A stretch of 64,000 nt of DNA from Oikopleura dioica (lineage: Eukaryota > Animalia > Chordata), in contig OU015569.1 of the NCBI GenBank assembly GCA_907165135.1, positions 12,524,001 to 12,588,000 of the forward strand, read 5' to 3'. The translations under genes were made by a program, and so were the position numbers. Shown here piece after piece: positions 39,382-54,800 of the stretch. The notes beneath the pieces were generated by a model. The model was not told the origin of the DNA. It saw only the letters and a list, made by a program, of their open reading frames with translations, and searched no databases. Within the stretch, counting starts at the first letter, position 1. Every line of letters begins with the position of its first letter.

Positions 39382-41025
39382 TTATTCTATAAGTTGGCAG
39401 TGAGAAGTCGAAGTAGGTAAATGATTTGGCATTCTTAAGGGCTTCCCTCCGCTTTTTCGAGAGGAGGGATGGATGTACAGTGAGGGTTGGAAATAGAAAG
39501 CCCCGGTAAAGGCAAGAAGTCTGAGGAAAATAGCAAGAACAAGGAAAGCAAAGACGATCATTTCCAAATTACTCAGACAGGTTTTATTAATCGAATTTGG
39601 CAGATTGTAAAACGATCCGAATCCATCTGGCGAGGTTCTTAAACAGTATCTCCCCGCGTTTAAAATAGTAATGTCTTTATTCTCCAGTTTCGAGTAAATA
39701 CCAAGTTGATAGTCGAGCATTTCGTAGCAGAGAATAAAAGTGGCTGAGATTTCCAAAATGCTCAAAAATTGATTGAACTTTTGATAGAATCGGAAGCGTT
39801 CTGACGCGTTTTTAACTCATGGCGATTTTGCACTGCCTTGAGAAATTGGAGTGCTTTGGAGAGGAATGAACAGAGGTAAAAGAAAACTTGCGGCATGGTG
39901 ATGACGGAGACCTGAACCTGGGCTCGACAACCTGTGTAGAGAACCTGAGTCAGGGTTGCTTCATTTTTCGGTCGAAGCGGCTTTTAATTAAAGCTCAGCC
40001 TGACTCATTTTTGATACACAGGTTGCCGAGCCCAGACCTGGAAAATATTTAAAAAGAAGTAGAAACAGACGAGGATAGGAAGCTCGACAAAAGCGATGAA
40101 GAAAACCAGCGCGATTTCGCTGACGACGTCGAAAATGTGAAGAGGTCTGGAGCTCAAGGAGGAGAACTTGAAGAATGGCTTGTAAAACGTCGCGATTCGC
40201 AAATGACAAATCGGCAGGACGATCATCTGCAAGAGTCCGAAAATCATCAGGACGAGGAAAATTAGTTGGTGGCGAAGGGTGACGTCGAAAATGATGTTTC
40301 TGTTTTTCGCAAAGTCGATCCAAACCAACAGCATGCTAAAATGAGATGTCAGTCGGTTGATAGATACATCTGGCTGTATTAGAAATTCTAGTTTGCTTGT
40401 CTTTTCACCTGAGAGTCATTCCTAGCGGCCGAAAGTAGTTATTGACGAAACACGTGATTTTCTGCTTCGTCCCTCTTGAAAAGCGACCTCTTCTCTTCCT
40501 CTTCTCGTCGGGCCAGAGTTCTGAAGGGATCATCCATAAAGCCACGATCCCTGCCAACCAAGATAGTCCGCCAACACCGGCGACGACGTAGATCGCCAGC
40601 TCAGGGCGCAACTGAATCTGCGGATCTTCCCATTTCGGCGCAAAAAAGGTTGAATTCAAGCCGAACTCGCGCCGAAATTCGAATTCAATCGTTGCACCCC
40701 CTTTTTCATCCAACTCTTTCTTGATTTCTTCCTTTCCGACGATGCTGAAGTCGACGATAGTTTTCGGCAATAATGTGTATCGACGAACATCGTAGACGAA
40801 GATTCGGGAAATGTCCTCATCACGATCGAGGGCTGAAGAAATCGCAGAAGGGAAGTTGCAAAGATTTTCTGTCAAATTGCCCCAGAAGATGACAGAAAAA
40901 CTGATGGTGCTGAGATTCCTGTAGTCTGGAATCTCCTCCGATTCCAGAATTGAAGCACTAGAATCCACGATGATGCAGAAAAAAGGGAGAAAAAAGCATC
41001 GAAGCATCAATTTTTCTGAAAACAT
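39382..41025 (-). CDS. Multi-pass membrane protein of unknown family
   Basis: Signal-like N-terminus and several hydrophobic helices in ORFs 40405-41025, 40005-40334 and 39382-39765, joined by short introns. Confidence 0.6.
39918..40035. mobile_element. CTGGG-family MITE forming almost the whole intron 39912-40037
   Basis: TIRs ctgggctcgacaacctgtgta / tacacaggttgccgagcccag; flanks acctgaac / acctggaa, which read gttcAG|GT and ttccAG|GT on the coding strand. Confidence 0.85.
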
Positions 41026-41149
41026 CTATCTTACATTTCCAGAAAATTTAAAATTCGTGAAGGCAGTATGCTGTACTGTAAGACTCTAGAAACAGATGTG
41101 TGGATCATTAAAAAATGGCGAATAAAGATCAAAGAAAAAATCATTCTTT

Positions 41150-41667
41150 TCAATCGTCGTCGTTGAAAATGGGCGTTGGAAGGACGAATTGAGGTGTTCC
41201 GTTTTCCGCAGTTTCCGCCTCTCCCGTCATTGTTTCGGTTTTGTCCTCTTCCTTGATTTTTTGAATTTAAAATCATGAATTTGATTGTTGCAGTTACCTC
41301 GTTTTTGTAGCTCCAGACTTGGCGGCAAAGAGGGCACACTTTCTCTTGACGATTTTCTTCCTGTGAGGTGAGCCACTTGTTGATGCAGTGCAGGTGGAAG
41401 GGATGCTTGCACCCGCCCCGGATTACTGGACAATCGTCGCCTGGGAATTTGCAGATTCCAGTGTTGCACGTCGCTTCGAAATCGACTCTTTTATGGGTTA
41501 GATGTTTGATAAGGGTTTCAGGTGAAAGAAAAGCATAAAAACCAACAACGAGATGCAAAATTGACCCATGCTCGACAAACTGCGCACTTTTGGTCGCCAT
41601 GCTCGCCCACATCCCACTTCCACTTGGCCGTTGTCTTCCACTCCTTGATCTTTATTTTCAAAGGCAT
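41150..41667 (-). CDS. ANAPC11: Anaphase-promoting complex subunit 11 (RING-H2)
   Basis: MPLKIKIKEW..AKWKW..CAVCR|VDFEATC..CKFPGDDCPVIRGGCKHPFHLHCINKWL..CPLCRQVW; acidic tail after an intron. Confidence 0.9.
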
Positions 41668-41809
41668 TCTAGCGCCGCAAAAGTTGATAAATAGTCGGGA
41701 AATATGGAATTATCATTGTGAAGAAGTGTGAGAGCGTGGCAATGCAAGGATAGACAGTGAAGCTAGATAGGTAATTTGTGAAATATAGTGAACTGTGACA
41801 GAATAATGA

Positions 41810-42553
41810 TTACATGATGGAGCATTTTTTTCGATCGTCTTGATGGACTTCCTAAAAGAAAAAATTATTGTGAAATCTCACTGAAATATTTTTACCATGT
41901 TGTCCTCGCTTCTCTCATCATCATCATCATCTTCATCTACTCGGCTTTGTGGGATCGGCGAGGGGGTGCGATTGACTCTGAAAACACTTTTGAAGGGAAG
42001 AAAACGAGGCTAGCTGCTTACCTGGCCTCAACGTCTTTTATATGCTGAGTGTAGATCAACAATTCCTCCTCCAGAGCGTCGTTTATGTCCTTGGCTCGCT
42101 CGACCTAAAAATTAATGTTATTAATTTGAAATCAGACGAAGTACTTACTTCTTGCTCGATCTTGCTGACGTCAAGAAGAGCATACTGAAGGCTCATGGTT
42201 TTCTGATGAGCCTCCTCGATCTGGGCATCTTTGATTCGCATCTCAGTCTCGAATGTCTCCCTAAAGTGAAATATAAATCGGAGAAAAGAGGAAAAAATTC
42301 TTACTTGAGTGACTGTATCTCATGGTTGTGTTTTAACCTTTCAGCCCACAGTTGGCTTCGCAACTTGTCGGCGTCCGATTCCGCCTCAACCAGTTGAGCA
42401 TTCAAGCTCATCTAAAAAGAAAGTTTTGATTCAAATCAAAGCAGTGGCGATTCTTACAATTTGAGCATCATCGTTATTATTCTGCGCGTCATCCTCTCGA
42501 GCGAGGAGGGCGCGAGGAGCGGCAACTTCACGGGATAACGCGCCCTGCATCAT
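41810..42553 (-). CDS. Short coiled-coil protein with acidic tail and CaaX (CSIM); lamin-tail-like
   Basis: Six exons with canonical GT-AG introns splice in phase: MMQGALSREV...LQYALLDVSKIEQEVERAKDINDALEEELL...RTPSP...DEDDDDDE...RKKCSIM*. Confidence 0.75.
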
Positions 42554-43082
42554 GAACCTGAAATATGAGATCATTTTTATGAGGAATTTTGATTAAAGAA
42601 CTTCGAATTCACAATTAATTAAGTTTTGTTTTTGCGTTTTTGAGACTTTCTTTTTTGAGAACTTGGTTACTTAAAGTTTTGAGAGGTGTTTTCAATGAAT
42701 CTTGAAACTTGGAGGAAAGAAGTTGAGTCGAAGAAAGAAGGTTGAAATCTCCCTTCGCCAAGGCAGAGTAAATATTCAATGACGATTCGAGGATAGCGTA
42801 TTCACTTCACATATCCGACGACTTGATTAAATTCACAAGAATAAATAAACAAATTAAAAACTGAAAGACAACGATTGAAATTATTTAGGTTTTTTTATTT
42901 ATTTGACACGCGACTTTGAATCAACTGTGCGTGGCAATGCAAGGATAGATAGGGTAGCTAGAGAAGGTAAATCATGAAATATACAGGTTTTGCATTTTTT
43001 CTTTCATTTTTGATCATTGCTGGCAGAAATTTAGGTAGGACTTTTTGAATAAAAACGAAGATCTTCATTTTTTCCATTATTT

Positions 43083-45515
<2,433 letters not shown>

Positions 45516-45856
45516 TTTTCGGAGCGTGGAATGATCTCTTCTTTGATTTTGTTCTTCTGCCGATCTCTTTCTGCAGTCTTAAAAAATCGCCCTTGAATGA
45601 AAAGGAAAAAGAAATTGAAAGATGATTACGTCAGATTCATTCAGTCATTTCGTCAGGCACTGCCTGCGTGACTAAATTCCAATAAAATTCTAGCTTTTCT
45701 TCACCAGCAATTCAATTACTTGTAACATTTCCTTCTGTTTATTCAGTGACGCTTTTTGCTCAATTGAAAATTGAAATCATTAATTCATGAATTGAAAATT
45801 AATGACTTGCACGAGTGAGTTGAGTATTTTTGAACTTTGAAGACAACGAGGAGAAT

Positions 45857-48800
45857 CTACGAAAACGACTCTTCTTCATAAACAGTCTCTTCTTCCGAAC
45901 CTTCTTCTTCTTCAGACCTGCAAAAAAAGAGTGTGAAAAATTAGGGAAATTTTTTGAGTTGGTGTACTTTTATTGCCCGATCAAATAAATACCCAGACCA
46001 CACCCCATAAACAATGCTTTCTTTCTGATGTAAGATTATCTCGACAAACATAAGCTATAAGAATCGAGTCTCAAAATAGAAGTACTTACGTTTCATCGTC
46101 TGAATTCTGGCCCTTGCACATTTCGCAGCCGCAGTGAAACAAATAATTCACCGATAACTGCTCTTGCCTTGTCTTTTTCGATCTGTTTAGCGTGTGTCCG
46201 TCCAAATAGCTACATAAACAAGAATTATTACGAATAGGCACTAAGGGCTTAGGCAAAGTAGTCATCGTGAAAACCAAACGTTACTAGAGTTAACAGAGTG
46301 ACACCCTTATCTTTACCAGATCCGCAAAGATTTTGAAGTCTGAAATCATGGCTACCCCCTTAAATTCTAAATACGAGCAAGATAAAGGTTCAAAGACTCC
46401 TTTGCTAAGAAAGATAAGGGTGTCACAATGTTAACTCTAAGAGAAAAATCTATGTAAAAACAAAGCTTCACGAAAACTACTATAAATGTATCCATGCCCA
46501 AAAGCGAATTAGAGACGTTCATTTTGAAATCCTCGTTTTGCAAAAAATCATAAAAGGAAAAGTATGCGCATGAGAAAAATTTATTTTCTTTAAAAAAGCT
46601 AATAACAATGAGCTCAGAAAAAACGGCTGGTTGGTTGTTTTTTTGTTTGAACAGGTCACCTAATAAAGTTAGAAGCAGTTTTGCAGATTTCAAACAGAAT
46701 ATTGATCATTTTTATTTGATCTTTCTTTTTATATACTTTTCTCATAAGATTTTTATTTATTTGTTTATATATAAATTTGAATAAAATATTGTTTGATAGA
46801 ACGTTGTTTGTTTTGAATGTTTCACCTTGAAAACGAAGCAGCTTTTGAGTAAAATTAACATAACTTTTTAAATTTCTTTTTATCCTATTTTTTTATCTGA
46901 CACCTATTTTTAGTCTTGGTAACTTTGAGATACTTTTTTAGTTGATTTTTTCACCTTTTTTGAAAAATTCTGGTTTTTTGAAAGAAACGCGGCTACTTTT
47001 TGATTTTGACACGGTTTGACTTTGAATTTTGAATTGTTCTGAAGAAGGTAGGAGAGGAAAAATTATTAAGTAGGTGTCAGTTACCCTCCGACTTGGCGGA
47101 GGACTTGCCAGAAGACTCTGTGTATTTTGGAAAGGGTTCGTAGTTGAGCACGCGGATGCGCTTCTTCTTCCGCTTTTCCGGCTTGTCCGGCTTGTAGCGC
47201 AAGCTCTTGTAGATTTCTGTTAACAGATAGCCACAAATTAACTTAGCTTCAACCCTATGGAAATATTCTAGCATAGGCCCTAGTCTTGGCAGCCTGTAAA
47301 GAAAAGCCAAAGGTTCGTCAATTTCGATATTAGTGTGTTAACAGTAGTTTGACTTCTGTAACTGCCCTGAGGCAGTTTCAAAGCCACCAGGCTCGTTTCT
47401 TTTTATCCTAACTTGCAATTTCTCGTTTCAGGGTCAGACGAGGGTGGAAAGAATGTAGGGCTACCGTTTCCTGCTGGATTGAGTGAGATCAGACCGTAAA
47501 AGGCGATGAAGCAGACGACCGAGTTGACGAGCTTGAGCCCGTTTTCTTTCGCGTGGTAGTCGTTGCTGCGGGATTGAATGTAGACGTTTACCACCGACAA
47601 TGAGAGGCTGAAAGGCACATTACTTTCATCGCTCTTTCAAGATTCACTTTTTCTATCCATAGTTCTAGAGCTCATCTTTTAGTTTACTTGCCTGATTGTG
47701 AGCGCCCAATCCATGAACCAGCTGAGTCTGGCCGCGTCCCGGTAGAATCTCTCTGCGCATCGCTGCAGGAGTCCCTCGGGTTGAATGTCCCTGCACCTGG
47801 CGTGGCTGCTTCTGCCCATTCTCTTCGTTGATTGCAGCGCTTTTGCTTTGGTCAGACGCGGCGCAGATAGCTCAGTTCGGACAGACGGGGACAATCACAC
47901 GACCGGTCGGGGCGGGAATTGGCTGGTCGGCTCCTTCTCTCTCGAATTGCTCCTCGCTGCGTCTGGCTGCTCTTCTAGCGAACCTTGAACTGAGTCTGTC
48001 TGCCCCGGGCAAACACGTCTTCCAGTAGCGCACTGCTCGAATTAACTGAGGGGCCAGGGGTCCGATCTCTAGAAGAAAATCAATCCCAAATCAAAACATT
48101 CCCCATTCTAGAGCAGCTAACTCTTCTCTAACTCCGAATTCTCTCAAATGCGAGAGTAAATAGTAGCGAAAAAAAAAGAATATGCAAAATAAATAATGAA
48201 TTTCTACATTGATGCAGCGCCACTTCCAGATAGAGCAAAGAGAGTCCTTCTAAAATGCAGCTCGGACATCCGAATCGACGAGCATTTAGAAAGACATCAT
48301 CCCTCAGAGTTCGAAATTTGGTAGAAAATCCGTGCTCCCGCTCCCTCCCTGCTCCCTCACCCTGAAAAAGGGAGCTCCCTCGTAAAAACCCGTGCTCCTG
48401 CTCCCTCCCTGCTCCCAAAAAAGGGAGCTCCCTTTGGGAGCTCCCAATTTTGCTCCCTTTTTTCAAATTTCAAAAATTTTCGAAAATTTTTCATTTTATT
48501 AAGTAAACTCTAAGTAGCAACACCATCGTTGTATGGTTATTATAAAGCGATGATAAAGAAAGTATAAATAGGCATAATGGCAAATAGGCGAATTTCGTGA
48601 ATGACTTCAATGTTTTCTTACTAGGGTCGGCACCGACCACCATTTTCCCAGGTCGGGTTGGTCGGTCTCCCAAAAATTTGGCGAAATCCGTGGTCGTTTT
48701 GGTTGGTCGGGTCGCCTTACTTTTTGGTCGGTTTTTGGTCGGTCGGTGGTCGGTTTTTGGTCGGGTCGGGTCGGTTTTTATCCGAAAGAAATAATGATCC

Positions 48801-51800
48801 GCTGTTAGTTTTCACTTAAATTATACTCGATGGGTGAAGGAAATGAATAGGTTTCCGACCGAAACCGACCAACCCGACCGTCAACCGTTCAATATCCGAC
48901 CAAGACCGACCAAAAACCGACCATCGACCGACCATACCCGACCACCGACCAAACAAAGAACAAAAATCACAGGTTGAGTTGGTCGATACCCAAATCAACC
49001 CGACCAAACCCGACCAGGTCGGGTTTTGGTCGGTGGTCGGTGCCGACCCTAGTTTTCTTATTAAAATTATATAACAAAATCTAGGTCAATTTTAGGCTAT
49101 TTATTTATATCAAATTTCAGAAGAGACACTTCAAAATAAATCGAATCAAAAAAAGTCTCTTCTAATAAAAATCTTAGCAAACACGGTATACATATTAATA
49201 ATAATGCTTATAATCTGAGAAAAATACATTTTGTTGAAATTATTAAAATCAAACTAGATGTTATTTTGGCTATATATTTATATGAAATTTTAAAAGAGAC
49301 GTTTATAAATATATCTAGTCAAAAAAACGTCTCTTCTAAGAAAAATACTATAAAGTTAGCGTTTCTTATTTTCGGTGCCCAGATTAGATTCTAGACTAAA
49401 AATTGTTGATTTTCAAAAAATTTTTGAAATTGGGAGCAAATTGGGAGCTCCCAATTTACTCCCAGCCCTGAAAACCTGTGCTCCTGCTCCCTCCGTGCTC
49501 CCAAAAAAGGGAGCTCCCTTTGGGAGCTCCCAATTTTACTCCCATAGATTTCGAACTCTGTCATCCCTTTCCCCGGGAGGGAGCAGCTTCAATTATGCAT
49601 TCTCTTTGACAAGAATGAACAACTAAGAGCGAAAGCAACCGGTTGTACTAGCAACTTTAGGGGTTGCAAATGTCATTCAGTAGGTAGACTTTACTCTTAG
49701 TTAGGATCGTGACACCCTTATTTTCTACTAACATTTTTACCATCGAAAATTGATAAGAGGATTTGAACCTTATTTTGACGAGATGAAATAAGGGTGTCAC
49801 TATTTTAAATCCAAAAGAAAAGTCGCCTAAAGGAAAGAAACCTTAATTCATCTTATCAAAGTAAAGGCTAAATCCTTTTATCTAGTTTCGATGATAAAAG
49901 CAAGAGTAAAAATAAGGGTCTTACATAATTTGTTAACTCTTGGATAAAATACTGTGTAAATATGGACGAGAATGGAGTTTGACGTCATCTACAACTTATG
50001 GCAAGTAGGCCGATTTTAAAAAGAAATGAAACTCACCGGAGAAAGACTTTGAAAGAGCGGAGAGTAAGAGGTGAATTCAACCGTTTTTACGAAAAAACGC
50101 TCGGAGCAGTAAACACCAGACGTCTTGATCGATATATAGATGGTTGCGCCCGTCTCGTCAAATGTCCGAAAAATTCTCTTGAAGCTGAATTTGTGCTCTC
50201 TGATTTTTTCAGCTGCGGAATCAGAAAGAGGAGACCCAACGCCCCACTTCTCCAAGATTAGCACAACAACAGAGCTTTGCCAAATCGAAAAATCAGAATA
50301 ACGCAACTCAGAAGAAAGTACCGAGCTTTCCAGAAAAGGTTCTTTATATAGAAAAGTACCTTTCTATATAATTTTCTTCAATAAAAAAGTGTAGTTCCAA
50401 GTTGCGCGGCGCCGCGCTGCTATTTCCCTTATATGAGAAAATATTGAATACGACCGACCCACGAGGTAGAAAGTAAACGAACCATTTCGACAAGGTGAAA
50501 ATTATGCCTGACAGAGTAATATCTCGCCTTTATTCTTCTCGGTTATATATCGCTCTGACGCGGACTAGCCATCAGAGATTGATACTTTTTCATCCCTTTC
50601 TTTTGTTTCAGAAATAAATTTCAAATATAGTTTCATCAAAGAGCATTGAATCAAATTGTATATAAAACTTTGGATTCAACAACTAAATAGACATTTCCGT
50701 GACTGTTAATTTCCGCAATGTGCTGATTTCCCACGCTGCCGGAAATCGACATTCCCGGAAAACAGCATTGCTGGAAATCAGGATTGAGGCAACAGAACTG
50801 ACGGATAAATAGAGAAATAGAATGAGGTCAATAAAAATAATTTTAAGATAGAATTTCAGATGAAAAAAGGTTTCATGGGTCGAACCAAAAGCGGGGTCCA
50901 TGCTTTTCTGAGCCACTTCTGTATTTAGACTATTTTGACATATTTTGATGCAAAACAAGGATTTCAAGAACGACCCAAAATCGCTGTCGCTTATTTTTTT
51001 TATTCCAACTTGGCATTTTGAATTTGCGAAAACGAACCAACCTAATACAAACTTCTTCGCCCTTTTCAATGTCCCTCGTTGCGACAACAGAGAGTTTGTG
51101 ATTGTCGTGCAGGAATTTGATTTCAGCGTTTGGCTCGCAATCGTGGTTCAGCATTGCTTGCTTCGAGTACAGTCCCACACCCTCGTTGTCCATGAATTCG
51201 ATGCCGCAGCTTTCCTCGCACACGTCGTACAGTTCATCCACGAAGGCGTCATCGTCATGTGCTTGTATCTGAAGAGAAGTGTAAATACACACCCATTTGC
51301 ATGTGACACAGTCTTTAGACGCATCATATGATCGAGAGGTAACTCCAAGAAACTTTAGACAAGTCATTAATAAAATTTGGGTGGCCCAGGTTCAGCAACC
51401 TGTGTAGAAGCCTGAGTCAGGGTCCTCAAAGAGCTTCAATCTGCAGCTTTTTTCAAAAGGAAGCCGCGACGCCAAAATTAGCACCTCAATCGATCTTTTT
51501 TGACTCCTCAGGACCCTGACTCAGGCTTCTTGATAGGTAGCCGAGCGCTGAGAGTGCCACTTAATTTCAAGAGAAAAACAGTTGTTGACCTCTACCCCTG
51601 AATCCGACTCTTCCTTCTGAACTCACCCATCTGATAATGGCAGAGGTGCCAAGCCCCTGCTGGTTCCGCCCGCAGAGGAGAAATGCCCATCTCACTTCTT
51701 CTTCCGTCAGTCCTTCGAAAATCTTCGCCAGCCCTGTCGTCAGCAAACTTATCGTCGTTTCAAACTTTCCGTCCAACATCTTGTGAACAATCTGGTCTTC

Positions 51801-54800
51801 TTTCGGCGAAGCAACTTGAGTTTCGAGATCAGTGGCAAATTCAAATAGTATGCTTTCAACAAACCTGTATAAATAGAAATATGAATTTTATATAGCATTG
51901 ACTCGAAATATCAAGTGCTCTTGTTAATCAACTTTTCTAGTGAAAATAGGGTTAGGTTAGAGGTAAAGTTAGTCTTAGAATTAATAATATTTTGTTGACA
52001 ACATGGAGGACTAAGGCCCTTAGTCTAATGGTGTCTAAAGGTACATTTTCAATGCTAGAAAAGTGGGTTAAAACAGCGCTATCTATATTTTCATAACTCA
52101 CTACTTACCAAATGTTTCAAATTTCTCGGCCATGGAAGGATCCAAGTAGCGCATGGCTAAGATCTTCATGACAATCATGACGCTTGACTCTTCCGGGGAA
52201 AATTCATGTCTCTCCACAAATCCTCTACTTCTTCTACTGCCTCCCAGTTCGCTAAAGAACTTAAGTTTTGTAAAGGAAGATGAAGGGGTTCTTACGAAGC
52301 AATAAGCGCATGTAATCGTAATCTGCTTTCTTGAGACATGTTTCCGAACAGTATAACACTCCTGTTTTCGGGCATGCGACCGGACTGGGCTTTTCGTATT
52401 CGTTCGTCGTCCAGCTGTTCTCAGGAAGAGAGATGATCTGTCCTTGCGTTAGCCTGGCAATGCACTGGTCCGGCTCTTCAAGCGGATACATACAGTGGAA
52501 ACAGCAACTGTAGCCGAGTTTACGGCCCCAACTTTCCAATTGGCTAGTCATCAATATTTAGGCTTACCGCGGTGTTTTCTATTTCGCAGGTTCTTTTGAA
52601 AAATCTCCCCATACTTTCAGAACATATGCATCAAGACAAGCCTTGAAAAACTGCACTTGCAGAATTTTCGATATGAGTCATCTTACCTCTTTTTTGGGGA
52701 ATTTTTAGCGAGAAAAAAGCACTAGTTTTATTAGAAGCGGCTTTTGAGTGCGTGCTAGATGGATTTTGATAATTTGATGCCTACCATGTGAAAGATAAGC
52801 GCAAGATGCATCGATACATATGAAATTTATTATTGCGGAGTGCTTCCTTCATATGATTCTAGAGCTCCAAAGTTGACGCAAGCAGCCAGATACGAAAATC
52901 CAATATTATCAACTTCTGATATAAGCATGCTATGATGATGTTTTATAGCTCAAATTGAAGCTTATTAATTACTGAACAAAATGGGGTGGTATTTTTGACC
53001 AGCCGGTTGTGCTTCCGGTTCGTCGCGGTTCTTGCCCGGAAATAGGTTAAAATGTAGGAATATGTATATCAAATGAATTCATTTTCAACAGCGAATCTTT
53101 TACATATTCAGAAGTTCAACCGCCTGGTTATTCTTGCGGTTCATGGTGGTTCATGGTGGTTCAAGCGCAGAAATGAACAAAATAGCAGCAATATGTATAT
53201 CAAATTGAAACTTGTAATAAGTTCATTCATAAAATCATTGAATAAGCCCGAACCAACCGGTGACTCTCGCGGTAAATAGCGGTTCCAGACGGTTCAAGCC
53301 GGTTGAAGCTAAAAACATGCTCAAAGTGGTTCAATATGGTTATCAAATGAATTCATTTACAATAGCGAGTCTTTCTAACACGTTATGAAATTCAACCGCC
53401 TGGTTATTCTTGCGGTTCATGGTGGTTCAAGCGCAGAAATGAACAAAATAGCAGCAATATGTATATCAAATTGAAACTTGTAATAAGTTCATTCATAAAA
53501 TCATTGAATAAGCCCGAACCAACCGGTTACTCTCGCGGTAAATAGCGGTTCCAGACGGTTCAAGCCGGTTGAAGCTAAAAACATGCTCAAAGTGGTTCAA
53601 TATGGTTATCAAATGAATTCATTTACAAAAGCGAGTCTTTCTAACACGTTATGAAATTCAACCGCCTGGTTATTCTTGCGGTTCATGGTGGTTCATGGTG
53701 GTTCAAGCCAACAAATAAACAAATAGCATCAATATGTATATCAAATTGAATCTTGTATTAAATACATTCGTACAATCATCAGGCCTGTTTATACAATTCA
53801 GTCTGAGACGGGGCAAAGCCGACCCGAAGGGGAGGCCAGGCCCGTTTATACAATTCAGTCTGAGACTGGGCCAAGCCGATCCGAAGGAGAGGCCAGGCCC
53901 GTTTATACAATTAAGTCGGCGACGGGGCCAAGCCGACCCGAAGGGGAGGCCAGGCCCATTAATCCAATTCAGTCTGGGACGGGGCCAAGCCGATCCGAAG
54001 GGGAGGCCAGGCCCGTTTATACAATTCAGTCTGCGACGGAGCGAAGCCGACCCGAAGGGGAGGCCAGGCCCGTTTATACAATTCAGTCTGAGACGGGGCA
54101 AAGCCGACCCGAAGGGGAGGCCAGGCCCGTTTATACAATTCAGTCTGCGACGGGGCGAAGCCGACCCGAAGGAAGGCCAGGCCCGTTTATGCAATTCAGT
54201 CTGAGACGGGGCCAAGCCGACCCGAAGGGGAGGCCAGGCCCGTTTATACAATTCAGTCTGAGACGGGGCCAAGCCGACCCGAAGGGGAGGCCAGGCCCGT
54301 TTATACAATTCAGTCTGCGACGGGGCGAAGCCGACCCGAAGGGAGGCCAGGCCCGTTTATACAATTCAGTCTGCGACGGGGCGAAGCCGACCCGAAGGGA
54401 AGGCCAGGCCCGTTTATACAATTCAGTCGGCGACGGGGCGAAGCCGACCCGAAGGGGAGGCCAGGCCCGTTTATGCAATTCAGTCTGCGACGGGGCGAAG
54501 CCGACCCGAAGGGGAGCCCAGGCCCGTTTATACAATTCAGTCTGAGACGGGGCCAAGCCGACCCGAAGGGGAGACCAGGCCCGTTTATACAAAACAGCCT
54601 GAGACGGGGCCAAGCCGACCCGAAGGGGAGGCCAGGCCCGTTTATACAATTCAGTCTGCGACGGGGCGAAGCCGACCCGAAGGGGAGGCCAGGCCCGTTT
54701 ATACAATTCAGTCTGCGACGGGGCGAAGCCGACCCGAAGGGAAGGCCAGGCCCGTTTATACAATTCAGTCTGCGACGGGGCGAAGCCGACCCGAAGGGAG

